Assembly (NCBI GenBank): GCA_027365835.1
Contig: DAHXLU010000109.1
Location: 1,135-65,134 of the forward strand
Length of the DNA stretch: 64,000 nt
Direction of reading: 5' to 3'
DNA from: Candidatus Dormiibacterota bacterium
GTDB taxonomy: Bacteria; Chloroflexota; Dormibacteria; Aeolococcales; Aeolococcaceae
The translations under genes were made by a program, and so were the position numbers. Within the stretch, counting starts at the first letter, position 1; every line of letters starts with the position of its first letter. The notes under the pieces were generated by a model. That model saw only the letters and a list, made by a program, of their open reading frames with translations. It was not told the DNA's origin and ran no database searches. This document shows positions 27,417 through 36,733 of this stretch, piece by piece.

Positions 27417-28799
27417 ATGCTTGATACCCCCCAGGCGGTCATCCTTGCCGCAGGGCGCAGTACGCGTATGGCGAGCCGCAGGTCCAAGCTGCTTCAACAG
27501 CTGGATGGTCGTGCGCTGATCCATCTGGTACTCGATGCGGTGGAGGCTGCCGGTTTTTCTCCAGTGGTGGTCGTGCCCAGCTCGGATCACTCAGTTTCGG
27601 CTGAAATTGGTGAGCGGGCAGTCTGTGTTCCCCAGCAACAGCCACTTGGTAGTGGTGATGCACTGCGCTCGGTACCAGAGGAGCTACGCACCCAGGGCGT
27701 GGTGCTGGTGGTGAATGGAGACCTGCCCCTGCTGAGGCCCGGCACCATTGGCCAGCTTTGTGCGGAAAGGGAGCGTGCTGCTGCCAGCTGCGCCTTGCTC
27801 ACAGCAACGCTGGAAGAGCCTTCAGGGTGGGGGAGGGTCGTGCGGGACCGCGAGGGGAAGGTTGAGAAGATACTGGAGGAACGCGACCTTGAGCCTGCCC
27901 AGACCGCGCTCAAGGAGTGCAACGCCGGAGTTTATGCCTTCTGGGGCGCGGCCCTCTGGCCGCTCCTTTCCAGGCTTACAACCAGAAATGCCCAGGGCGA
28001 GTACTATCTCACCGAGCTTGTGGAGCTTATGTACCCACGGGTTACCGCCATCCTCTCCGATGACCTTGGTGAGGTGCAGGGAGTAAATGACAGGGAGCAG
28101 CTGGCGCTTGCCAGCCAGCTGCTGCGCCACCGTACCATTCGACGCCTTATGCAGCATGGCGTGACCATTGAGGATCCAGACACCACTTTCATAACCAGCG
28201 ATGTTGCTGTTGGTCCAGATACCGTGATCCATCCAATGACCACGCTGGGCCGGGGGGTCAGGGTCGGGGTGGACTGCGAAATTGGGCCCGGAGCCCGGTT
28301 GCAGGGGATGCAGGTCGGTGACCGGGTTCGCATCGGTGGATCGGTACTGGAGGATTCACGGATTGGGGACGACGTTGAGATTGGGGAGTACGTCCGGATC
28401 CGCCCTGGCACCATTCTGGCGTCATCAGTCAGGGTGGGCACCCACGCAGAGATAAAGAACAGCAGTGTGGGCGACCGTTCCCGGATCAGCCATTTTTGCA
28501 GCGTGCTCGACAGTGATGTTGGCGAGGACGTGAACATTGGCGCTGGGGTGGTGACCTGTAACTATGACGGATCCACCAAGTTCCGGACCGGAATCGGGGC
28601 TGGCGCCTTCATTGGGAGCGATGCCATTCTGGTGGCTCCGGTGAATATTGGAGCTGGGGCCTACGTGGCGGCTGGTTCAGTCATAACCGCAGACGTGTCC
28701 CCAGGCGCCCTTGCCGTTGCCCGGCAGCGGCAGCACGAGGTGGCAGGGTGGGTAGAGCGTCAGCGTGCCGCTGCCCATAGCGGGAGAGACGGCAGTTGA
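27417..28799 (+). CDS. glmU: bifunctional UDP-N-acetylglucosamine diphosphorylase / glucosamine-1-phosphate N-acetyltransferase
   Basis: ORF 27300..28799. ATG 27417 gives MLDTPQAVILAAGRSTRM (the LAAGxGTRM-type motif). The C-terminal half consists of left-handed beta-helix hexapeptide repeats. Confidence 0.9.
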   Translation: MLDTPQAVILAAGRSTRMASRRSKLLQQLDGRALIHLVLDAVEAAGFSPVVVVPSSDHSVSAEIGERAVCVPQQQPLGSGDALRSVPEELRTQGVVLVVNGDLPLLRPGTIGQLCAERERAAASCALLTATLEEPSGWGRVVRDREGKVEKILEERDLEPAQTALKECNAGVYAFWGAALWPLLSRLTTRNAQGEYYLTELVELMYPRVTAILSDDLGEVQGVNDREQLALASQLLRHRTIRRLMQHGVTIEDPDTTFITSDVAVGPDTVIHPMTTLGRGVRVGVDCEIGPGARLQGMQVGDRVRIGGSVLEDSRIGDDVEIGEYVRIRPGTILASSVRVGTHAEIKNSSVGDRSRISHFCSVLDSDVGEDVNIGAGVVTCNYDGSTKFRTGIGAGAFIGSDAILVAPVNIGAGAYVAAGSVITADVSPGALAVARQRQHEVAGWVERQRAAAHSGRDGS

Positions 28800-29749
28800 G
28801 TACCAGTCAGCATGGCGATCTCGTCCTCCTCTCAGGCTCTGCCAATCACTTCCTCGCCCAGCGTGTAGCAGATTACATCGGCCAGCCACTGGCCGCCATG
28901 GATGTGACTGTCTTTACGGATGGGGAGTTTGATGTAAAGATCCATCAGTCCATCCGGGGCAAGGATGTGTTTGTTGTGCAGCCTACGTGCCGACCGGTCA
29001 ATGAGAACCTGGTACAGCTTTTTATAATTCTCGATGCACTCCGGCGCGCCTCGGCAGCACGGATTACTGCGGTGATTCCGTATTACGGCTATCAGCGGAA
29101 AGAGAAAAAAACACAGCCCCGTGACCCGATAAGTGCCAAACTTATGGCCAATATCATCGAAATGGCCGGTGCCAGCCGGATCATTGCGCTGGATCTCCAT
29201 GCGGATGCCATCCAGGGTTTTTTTGATATTCCTGTCGATGCCCTTACCGCCTCGAAGATCCTGGCCCGGCATATTGTCCAGCGGGACTGCGGGCGGCTGG
29301 TGGTGGTCTCACCGGATACTGGTGGAGCGCTCCGTGCCAGGGCGCTGGCCCGGCGCCTGGATGCACCCATAGCAATAATTGACAAACGGCGTCCCAAGGC
29401 AGAGCAGGTCGAAGTAGTCCATGTGGTTGGCGATGTCGAAGGTGCGCACTGCGTGGTGGTAGACGACCTGATAAGCACAGGGCGGACACTGGCCAGCGCC
29501 GCCACGGCCCTGATGGCGAGCGGAGCAACCTCAGTCGACGTTGTGGCAACTCATGGCGTATTCAGCGAGGGGGCGCTGGAGCTGCTCGATTCCGCTCCCA
29601 TCGACCAGGTATGCGTTACAGACACAGTCCCTCTTCCCGATCTGGTCGAGCCGCACGCTAAACTGGTGGTGCTCAGTGTTGCCCCACTTCTCGCAGAGGC
29701 CATTCTGCGGGTGCATGAGGGACGTAGCGTGAGCGAGCTTTTCCAATGA
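28796..29749 (+). CDS. prs: ribose-phosphate diphosphokinase
   Basis: The TTG start overlaps the glmU stop. Motifs: YYGYQRKEKK, the PRPP-binding region HCVVVDDLISTGRT, and DLHADAIQGFF. Confidence 0.9.
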   Translation: MSTSQHGDLVLLSGSANHFLAQRVADYIGQPLAAMDVTVFTDGEFDVKIHQSIRGKDVFVVQPTCRPVNENLVQLFIILDALRRASAARITAVIPYYGYQRKEKKTQPRDPISAKLMANIIEMAGASRIIALDLHADAIQGFFDIPVDALTASKILARHIVQRDCGRLVVVSPDTGGALRARALARRLDAPIAIIDKRRPKAEQVEVVHVVGDVEGAHCVVVDDLISTGRTLASAATALMASGATSVDVVATHGVFSEGALELLDSAPIDQVCVTDTVPLPDLVEPHAKLVVLSVAPLLAEAILRVHEGRSVSELFQ

Positions 29750-29792
29750 AGAACAGGAGTAAGGCCCGACCCCAGAGCAGGGATGGGCACGC

Positions 29793-31271
29793 ATGACCAT
29801 CTACGTTGTCATACTGGTGGTATCCCTGATTGCTGCTGCGCTTGCCGCTGCGGCTGAGACATCACTTACCAGTGTCAGCCGGATGCGGATACGGCTTCTT
29901 GCCGATGAGGGCAATTCCAGGGCGCGGGCTGTCTTCCGACTGCGTGCAGATCCCAACCGTTACCTTTCCACCATACTTGCGGTAAATACAGTGGCGGTCA
30001 TCGCGGCGTCTACGGCTGCTGCCCTTATTGGGGTGGAATATGCCAGGTCCATCTCCCAGGCCCTGATAACTGTTGTCCTTTCCCTGGTTGTACTCATCGC
30101 ATGTGAAATTGCGCCCAAGACCTTTGCCTTGCGCTTTAGCGAAAAGCTGGCACTTGCACTGGTAGGACCAGTGACAGTGGTCACCACTGTGCTTCGCCCT
30201 GTTATTTTTGCCCTTACCGCAATTGCTGCCGCCCTGGTGCGCCCGTTCAGCGGGGGCGGGGCCCTTCCTGGCCCATTTATGACAGAGGATGACGTGAAAC
30301 TCATGATTACGGTGGGCGAAGAGCAGGGCGTGGTGGAGCAGGAAGAGCGCGAGATGATCCATGGGGTGCTGGACATGACCGATAAGTCTGTCAAGGAGAT
30401 CATGGTGCCGCGGGTCGACGTGATTGGGCTTTCGGTGGACAAGCACGCCAGCGACATGATTTCGCTCATTCTCGAGCATGGACATTCACGGGTTCCGGTT
30501 TACGAGGAGAGCATAGACAACATCGTAGGTGTTGTCTATGCCAAGGATCTCCTGCAGCATGGAGTGCGGTCAGACGACGCGACACCGATCCGGGAGCTTG
30601 CCCGGGAGCCACTTTTTACTCCCGAAACAAAGAAGGTGGGAGAGCTTCTTCATGAGATGCAGGAGCGAAAGATACATCTCGCAGTAGTGGTGGATGAGTA
30701 CGGTGGCACCGCAGGGATAATAACGATTGAGGACATGATCGAAGAGATTGTGGGCCCCATCCGGGATGAATACGATACGGCCGAGCCGGAGGAGATGCAG
30801 TTTCTCTCAGACCGGGAAGTGCTGCTCCAGGCACGCGTATCAATCGATGATGTCTGTGAGCTGCTGCACATGGACGTTCCGGATGTGGATGCGGACTCAA
30901 TCGGTGGCCTGGTGTACGAGTTGCTGGGAGAGATCCCCAAGGCAGGAGAGGTGGTGACGCTTGGCAACGCTGAGATAGTGGTGGAATCGATCCGGAGGCA
31001 GAGTATTCAGTCGGTGCGTGTGCGCAGTCCTGAGCCGTTCTTCCGGCCCTCCAGTGCGCCAAGCGCAGGTGGCGAGGACGTTCAGGCCCCGGCAGTGCCA
31101 GTCCTGGCGGAAGCAGTCGGTACTGACACGGCACCTTTGCCCACTTCCCCAGAGTCGCTCTCCGGGCAGCAGGCTGGCCTGGGCGCAGCGCATGGCGAGG
31201 CTGACACGAAAGATGAGGGAGCCGCAGAAGAGGAGAGCGAGCCTCCACCAGTGCAGGAGAACGGGACCTAG
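29793..31271 (+). CDS. CNNM/CorC-HlyC family transporter (DUF21 + CBS pair + CorC_HlyC)
   Basis: Four N-terminal TM helices, a CBS pair region (IMVPRVDV...HSRVPVYE...LHEMQERKIHLAVVVDEYGGTAGIITIEDMIEEIVG) and a C-terminal transporter-associated domain. An additional ~75-aa acidic/Pro-rich tail follows. Confidence 0.85.
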   Translation: MTIYVVILVVSLIAAALAAAAETSLTSVSRMRIRLLADEGNSRARAVFRLRADPNRYLSTILAVNTVAVIAASTAAALIGVEYARSISQALITVVLSLVVLIACEIAPKTFALRFSEKLALALVGPVTVVTTVLRPVIFALTAIAAALVRPFSGGGALPGPFMTEDDVKLMITVGEEQGVVEQEEREMIHGVLDMTDKSVKEIMVPRVDVIGLSVDKHASDMISLILEHGHSRVPVYEESIDNIVGVVYAKDLLQHGVRSDDATPIRELAREPLFTPETKKVGELLHEMQERKIHLAVVVDEYGGTAGIITIEDMIEEIVGPIRDEYDTAEPEEMQFLSDREVLLQARVSIDDVCELLHMDVPDVDADSIGGLVYELLGEIPKAGEVVTLGNAEIVVESIRRQSIQSVRVRSPEPFFRPSSAPSAGGEDVQAPAVPVLAEAVGTDTAPLPTSPESLSGQQAGLGAAHGEADTKDEGAAEEESEPPPVQENGT

Positions 31272-31275
31272 CCGG

Positions 31276-32019
31276 GTGCCAACCTATACTGAAGAGGGGA
31301 TTGTGCTGCGGCGCGCAGACTGGTCAGAGTACGACCGCATTATTACTGTCCTTACCCGTGGGCGCGGAAAGGTGGCTCTGGTCGCAAGGGGTGTCAGGCG
31401 GCCGCAGAGTCGGCTGGCTTCCCATCTGGACCTGTTTACCCATGTCGACCTGGTGCTGGCATCCGGAAGAGGCACTATGGATGTCATCACTGGTGCCAGG
31501 GCCCGCTCCCGGCTGGAGGCAAACTTTGAGCTTGAGCGTGCGACAACGGCAGCAGTATGCGCTGAGGTACTCGACGCGCTGGTGGATCCAGGGGTCGCTG
31601 ATCCTGGATTGTTCGATCTTGCCCTCCTGGCTTTCACCGATTGCGGCGCGGCCCCAGATCCGGTCAAGGGGCTGCTCTGGTTTCTCATCCGGTTTGCGGT
31701 ACGGTCCGGGTACGCTCCACTGGTGCACGAATGCGCTGCCTGTGGCGTCCTGCTTGAGGCAGATGATGGCGGCTTTTCCGGTCGGCTGGGAGGGGTCGTG
31801 TGCCCCTCCTGCGCCAGCAGCGGGCACTTTCTTTCCCTTTCCCTGCGGAGTCTGAAGGTGCTGAGAGTCATCTGTCGCGATGAACGTGAAGTGTTTGGCC
31901 GTGTGGCACTACCACGGCAGGAGCAACTCCAGTTGCTTGCGGCTGCGACTGATCTGCTCGGCTACCAGGGTGAACATCATTTTCGCTCGGTCCCAGTGCT
32001 GGAGGGACTGCTGCAGTAG
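31276..32019 (+). CDS. recO: DNA repair protein RecO
   Basis: ORF 31018..32019. GTG 31276 gives VPTYTEEGIVLRRADWSEYDRIITVLTRGRGKVALVARGVRRPQSRL (OB-fold N-terminus). Zinc motif CAACG...CPSC. Sits upstream of glyQS. Confidence 0.8.
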   Translation: MPTYTEEGIVLRRADWSEYDRIITVLTRGRGKVALVARGVRRPQSRLASHLDLFTHVDLVLASGRGTMDVITGARARSRLEANFELERATTAAVCAEVLDALVDPGVADPGLFDLALLAFTDCGAAPDPVKGLLWFLIRFAVRSGYAPLVHECAACGVLLEADDGGFSGRLGGVVCPSCASSGHFLSLSLRSLKVLRVICRDEREVFGRVALPRQEQLQLLAAATDLLGYQGEHHFRSVPVLEGLLQ

Positions 32020-32088
32020 GGTGCCCTGCTTTGCCATGTCCAGTGGGCAGAGGGCATTCTGGCGGGGTTAGCCGCTAGACTAGCCATC

Positions 32089-33549
32089 ATGTCTGAATTT
32101 GAATCTGGTGCCGCTACTCCTGCCTCTCTGGAGAATGCAAGCCCCGATGGGGGCAAAAAGGCAGAGCTGGATGGCGGTGTCTCATTTGACCTGCTTATCT
32201 CGCTCTGCAAGCGGAGGGGCTTTGTGTTCCCGGGGAGCGAGATATACGGTGGAATAAACGCACTGTATGACTTTGGTCCGCTTGGGGTCAGACTCCGCCG
32301 CAACATACGACAGTCGTGGTGGAATCGCATGGTAGAGCGCAGGGGAGATATCGAGCCGATTGAAACTGCGATCATCATGAATCGTGAGGTCTGGGTAGCA
32401 AGCGGACATGTCGGCTCATTCTCCGATCCGCTGGTGGAATGTGCTGCGTGCCACCGGAGGTGGCGTGAGGATCACCTGGAGGATGAACGGCGGGCCAGGG
32501 GCAAAACTGGAGCCGGCTGTCCGGAGTGCGATGGGACGCTTGGGGAATCCAGGAAGTTCAATCTGATGTTTCGGACTTTCCTGGGCCCGGTCCAGGACGA
32601 TCTGAATGAAGTATTTCTGCGCCCCGAGACCGCTCAGGGACAGTTTGTCAACTTTGCCAATATTCTGAACTCAACCCGCCACTCGCTCCCATTTGGCATA
32701 GCCCAGACCGGGAAATCCTTCAGGAACGAGATCTCGCCCGGCAACTTCATCTTTCGCTCCCGGGAATTTGAGCAGATGGAGATGGAATGGTTCTGCGAAC
32801 CTGGGAGCGACAGGGAGTGGTTTGAGTACTGGTGTGATGACCGGTTTGCCTGGTATGTGGATGAGCTGGGTGTACGCAGTGCGCGGCTGCGGCTGCGCCC
32901 CCACACAAGGGAAGAGTTATCCCATTACAGCGCGGGCACTTCGGATGTGGAGTACCTGTTTCCGTTTGGGTGGGGTGAGCTGGAGGGCATTGCGGACCGG
33001 ACCGATTTCGATCTGGGTGCCCACCAGCAGCACAGCGGAAAGGATCTCACCTATTTCGATCCGGCGACCAACAGGAGATTTCTTCCCTATGTCATAGAGA
33101 CGGCCGTGGGAGTTGACCGGACTCTCCTCGTTACGCTGATGGATGCCTACGATGAGGAAGAGGTGCGCGGTGAAAAGAGGGTGTTGCTGCGCTTTCATCC
33201 AGCAATCGCCCCCTTCCAGCTGGCGATACTTCCGCTCTCAAAAAAGCCGGAGCTGACAGGACTTTCCCTCTCCCTGGTGGAGCGACTCCGCTCCCGCTGG
33301 TCGGTTGACTTTGACCAGACCCAGTCGATAGGGCGCAGGTATCGCAGGCAGGATGAGATAGGCACACCCCTTGCGATCACAGTCGACTTTGAGTCCCTGC
33401 AGGATCATGCAGTTACCATTCGCAACCGCGACACGATGGCACAGGTGAGGGTTTCCATTGACAGGCTGGAGGTGGCTATCGGGGAGCAGCTGGCAGAGGC
33501 GGCACAACGGGTACTTGCGCGTGCTCGTGGGGAGTTGCCAGTTAACTGA
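32089..33549 (+). CDS. glyQS: glycine--tRNA ligase (class II, homodimeric type)
   Basis: 486 aa. RRGFVFPGSEIYGGINALYDFGPLG, FRNEISPGNFIFRSREFEQMEMEWF (motif 2 region), and a C-terminal anticodon-binding domain. Confidence 0.9.
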   Translation: MSEFESGAATPASLENASPDGGKKAELDGGVSFDLLISLCKRRGFVFPGSEIYGGINALYDFGPLGVRLRRNIRQSWWNRMVERRGDIEPIETAIIMNREVWVASGHVGSFSDPLVECAACHRRWREDHLEDERRARGKTGAGCPECDGTLGESRKFNLMFRTFLGPVQDDLNEVFLRPETAQGQFVNFANILNSTRHSLPFGIAQTGKSFRNEISPGNFIFRSREFEQMEMEWFCEPGSDREWFEYWCDDRFAWYVDELGVRSARLRLRPHTREELSHYSAGTSDVEYLFPFGWGELEGIADRTDFDLGAHQQHSGKDLTYFDPATNRRFLPYVIETAVGVDRTLLVTLMDAYDEEEVRGEKRVLLRFHPAIAPFQLAILPLSKKPELTGLSLSLVERLRSRWSVDFDQTQSIGRRYRRQDEIGTPLAITVDFESLQDHAVTIRNRDTMAQVRVSIDRLEVAIGEQLAEAAQRVLARARGELPVN

Positions 33550-33576
33550 CCAGGCCGGGAGCGAGACGCTGACTGG

Positions 33577-34410
33577 TCAGGCGCTAGCCAGCTGTACAGT
33601 CTTTTCCAGGGGATCTATCCCAGTCGCCAGCAGTTCGGTGCATCTGTCGTTTGCAATGTCCACAGCCCGGCTGGAAATGTCAGCCCCGATAAAGTTGCAA
33701 CCCGCAAGGAGGGCTGCCACTGCCGAGGAGCCGCTTCCGACAAATGGGTCGCAAACCGTAAACCCAGGTTCGGCACTGCATTCAATCATCCTTGAAAAAA
33801 GCGCCACCGGTTTCTGGGTGGGATAGTGTGGTCGCACAATTCGTGGGACCTCCCAGATATCGGCCATACCCCTGCTTGGGATAGAGCGTCTTCCCTTGCT
33901 GGCGAACAGAATCAGCTCATGGCGCCGGCGGAAATAATGACCCATGCCAATATGCATCTTGTCCCACACTATGACGTTCTTTACATCAAGGGCGTTGCGC
34001 ACCAGCGGCGCAAGGCTGATGAACGAGTAGCTGTCGAACATGATGTAGACATGCCGGTTGTTGCGGAGTACGCGCTGGCACTGCGTAAGGAACCGGGAGA
34101 ACGATGGCGGGTTGTCGATGAACTCAGGGAACCATTTTGCCCCCTCTTCGCCTGCGTCCTTGTATTCCCCGACAATTCGCCCCCTGCCCAGTTTCAGGTA
34201 GTTGTTCATGCCAGAATAGGCGGGATCGGTGATGATCAGGTCGACTGAATCATCTGGCAGGGCGGCAAGAAAGTCCGTGCAGTCTGCCACTGCAAGCGAG
34301 AGCCTGGTCTTGCCGGCAAACCGGGCTGCGGATTCCTTCACAGGGCTCATCGTAGCGCGCGTGTGCGCACTGCGCCCTTTCTCTTTGCATTCTTTGGAGC
34401 CTTCTGGCAT
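33577..34410 (-). CDS. DNA methyltransferase, beta class (N6-adenine or N4-cytosine; N6_N4_Mtase family)
   Basis: Motif IV ITDPAYSG precedes HYPTQKP and motif I FVGSGSS, which is the beta-class order. No restriction endonuclease gene is adjacent. Alternative start at 34350. Confidence 0.85.
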   Translation of the reverse strand: MPEGSKECKEKGRSAHTRATMSPVKESAARFAGKTRLSLAVADCTDFLAALPDDSVDLIITDPAYSGMNNYLKLGRGRIVGEYKDAGEEGAKWFPEFIDNPPSFSRFLTQCQRVLRNNRHVYIMFDSYSFISLAPLVRNALDVKNVIVWDKMHIGMGHYFRRRHELILFASKGRRSIPSRGMADIWEVPRIVRPHYPTQKPVALFSRMIECSAEPGFTVCDPFVGSGSSAVAALLAGCNFIGADISSRAVDIANDRCTELLATGIDPLEKTVQLASA

Positions 34411-34552
34411 GGTTGCACGGTTGCACCCGTCCAGAGGGCGGTGGTTTGCAGTGTCATCCGCTGATCTTTCCCTGCTATCGTGCTACAGGAAAATCTGGTG
34501 TCTTCCGGCTGGTTTTGCTGCAAGTCGACACCGGCAGAACAGGAGGTGAACG

Positions 34553-35536
34553 GTGGCCGAGGATGCCGTCGTTGTCGAGCAGTTGGGCAAGAGCTATGGC
34601 CGGGTCGAGGCGCTGCGTGGTGCCTCGCTGCGGGTGCCACGTGGCACTGTGCTGGGCCTGCTTGGCCCCAACGGGGCTGGCAAGACCACCATGGTCCGGA
34701 TTCTGGCGACCCTGCTGGTACCGAGCTCAGGGAAGGCGAGCGTGCTCGGCCTTGACGTGGTTCGCCATGCCTCCGAGTTGCGCCACCGGATTGCGCTCGC
34801 TGGCCAGTTCGCCGCCGTCGATGAGCTGCTAACCGGGCGCGAGAACCTGGTCATGATGGGTCGGCTCTACCGGATTGGCGCGGCCGCTGCCCGTCAGCGC
34901 GCTGATGAGTTGCTTGAGCGCTTCGAGCTGACCGAAGCCGCAGGACGGAGGGTCAAGACCTACTCGGGAGGCATGCGCCGTCGCCTGGACATCGCGGCTG
35001 CATTGGTCGCCCGGCCCGAGGTCCTCTTCCTCGATGAGCCCACCACCGGCCTGGACCCTCGCAGCCGGCTCGAGCTATGGGATGTGCTTCGCGGCCTGGT
35101 GCGGGATGGCGCCACGCTACTGCTTACCACCCAGTATCTTGAGGAGGCTGACCGCCTCGCACAGAGCATCGCGGTCATCGATGGTGGCCGGGTGATCGCT
35201 GAGGGCACCGCGGACCAGCTCAAGGCGCGCGTTGGCGGCGATGTGCTCGAGTTGCGGGTCACCGAGCTGACAGAGCTTGAGCCCGCGCGGGCCGCTCTTG
35301 CCGGGCTCGGCTCCAGTGATGCCACCCTAGACCGCGAGACCCAGTCGCTCCGGTTGCCAGTGCGGGCGGGTGGGGAGGTGCTGGCTGAGGTGGTGCGTCG
35401 CCTTGACAGTGCCCGGGTAGAGGTCTCGGATCTTGCCATTCACCGTCCAACGCTGGATGACGTGTTCCTTGCACTTACTGGCCACGGCGCCGAGTCGGCG
35501 CTACCACTCGAGCGGTCGGTGGAGAGCGGGGAATGA
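34553..35536 (+). CDS. ABC transporter ATP-binding protein (DrrA-like)
   Basis: GTG start. Walker A GPNGAGKTT, signature YSGGMRRRL, Walker B VLFLDEPTTGLD. Confidence 0.9.
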   Translation: MAEDAVVVEQLGKSYGRVEALRGASLRVPRGTVLGLLGPNGAGKTTMVRILATLLVPSSGKASVLGLDVVRHASELRHRIALAGQFAAVDELLTGRENLVMMGRLYRIGAAAARQRADELLERFELTEAAGRRVKTYSGGMRRRLDIAAALVARPEVLFLDEPTTGLDPRSRLELWDVLRGLVRDGATLLLTTQYLEEADRLAQSIAVIDGGRVIAEGTADQLKARVGGDVLELRVTELTELEPARAALAGLGSSDATLDRETQSLRLPVRAGGEVLAEVVRRLDSARVEVSDLAIHRPTLDDVFLALTGHGAESALPLERSVESGE

Positions 35537-36360
35537 GCACGCTCGTACGCACGCTCCCTACCGGTCCACAATGGATCCTGCGCGACTCGCTCCAGATGGT
35601 CCGCCGGGCGCTGAAACACACCATGCGGCAGCCCGAGATGCTGGTCTTCTCGACTATCCAGCCGGTCATGTTTGTTCTCCTGTTTCGCTACGTCTTTGGT
35701 GGTGCGATCAAGACCGGCGGTCCCTATGCCGACTATCTGATGCCAGGAATCTTCGTTCAGACAACAGTATTTGGCTCGATGCTAACCGGTATTGGGCTGG
35801 CTAACGACCTGAACAACGGCATCATAGACCGCTTTCGCTCCATGCCCATGAGTCGGTCGGCAGTGCTGGTGGGCCGGACGGTGGCCGACACCGTGCGCAA
35901 TGTCTTTATCGTTGCCCTCATGCTGCTGGTGGGGGTGCTTACTGGCTATCGCCCCCATGGCGGGGCGCTCGGCCTGATTGGCGGCTGTGCCCTCATCATC
36001 GTGTTTGGCTTCGCATTCAGCTGGGTCAGTGCTTTCCTCGGGATCGCGATCCGCAATCCCGAGGCGGTTCAGTCAGCTGGCTTTATCTGGGTCTTTCCTC
36101 TCACGTTTGTCAGCTCTGCCTTCGTGCCAGTTGACTCTATGCCGTGGTGGCTGCACGATTTTGCCAAGGTCAACCCCTTCACTATCGCCGTTGACGCTGC
36201 CCGCCAGCTGATGGCGGGTCCCCAGGAGGCAGGTGAGTTTGCCCACTTCTCGAGTCTTGGAGGCACTGTCTCCCTTAATGTGGTCAGCTCCCTGGTCTGG
36301 GCGGCGCTGATCCTGGCAGTCTTCATTCCGCTCGCTGTCCATCGCTACCGCCGCGCCTGA
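35533..36360 (+). CDS. ABC-2 type transporter permease (DrrB-like)
   Basis: The start overlaps the upstream stop (ATGA). Six hydrophobic helices. Paired with the DrrA-like ATPase. Confidence 0.85.
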   Translation: MSTLVRTLPTGPQWILRDSLQMVRRALKHTMRQPEMLVFSTIQPVMFVLLFRYVFGGAIKTGGPYADYLMPGIFVQTTVFGSMLTGIGLANDLNNGIIDRFRSMPMSRSAVLVGRTVADTVRNVFIVALMLLVGVLTGYRPHGGALGLIGGCALIIVFGFAFSWVSAFLGIAIRNPEAVQSAGFIWVFPLTFVSSAFVPVDSMPWWLHDFAKVNPFTIAVDAARQLMAGPQEAGEFAHFSSLGGTVSLNVVSSLVWAALILAVFIPLAVHRYRRA

Positions 36361-36425
36361 GGCACTGCGGCCGCTTTCCGCAACCGCAAGGGATGGCCCT
36401 GTGCAGGTTGGGGCCCTGTGTCCTC

Positions 36426-36584
36426 TCAGAAGAACCAGAACCGCCGTCTGGAAGTGGGCCTTGCCTCAACTGGGCACTGGCACCGCTTTTCTGGTGGTAC
36501 ATTACCGAGAACCTGCTCTACGTGTGCCCCGCAGCCTTTCCACGTCGGTCTGCCGCATTTTCTGCATGTTACTGCCCTGCACAT
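36426..36584 (-). CDS. small cysteine-rich protein (52 aa), unknown function
   Basis: Inner ATG of ORF 36426..36668, with GGGTGG 6 nt upstream. MCRAVTCRKCGRPTWKGCGAHVEQVLGNVPPEKRCQCPVEARPTSRRRFWFF. The CxxC...GCGxHV...RCxC pattern resembles small conserved actinobacterial hypothetical proteins. I recall this from memory and have not verified it. Confidence 0.45.
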   Translation of the reverse strand: MCRAVTCRKCGRPTWKGCGAHVEQVLGNVPPEKRCQCPVEARPTSRRRFWFF

Positions 36585-36733
36585 GCTGTCCACCCTACTG
36601 CATCTGGCCGCGAAGAGGTTAGTGCAGCTGGAGCTGCACCACCGCAGGCAACACCAGCGCCATGCCATATGCGCTCACACACGGATGGACCATTGTCTCT
36701 GCTGTGTCCGTTTGCAGGGAATAGCTTGGCAGC

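Noticed and set aside
32020-32088. Possible T-box leader upstream of glyQS
   Set aside because: Only 69 nt separate recO and glyQS. That is too short for a T-box, and no T-box sequence or terminator/antiterminator is visible. The gene is more likely co-transcribed with recO.
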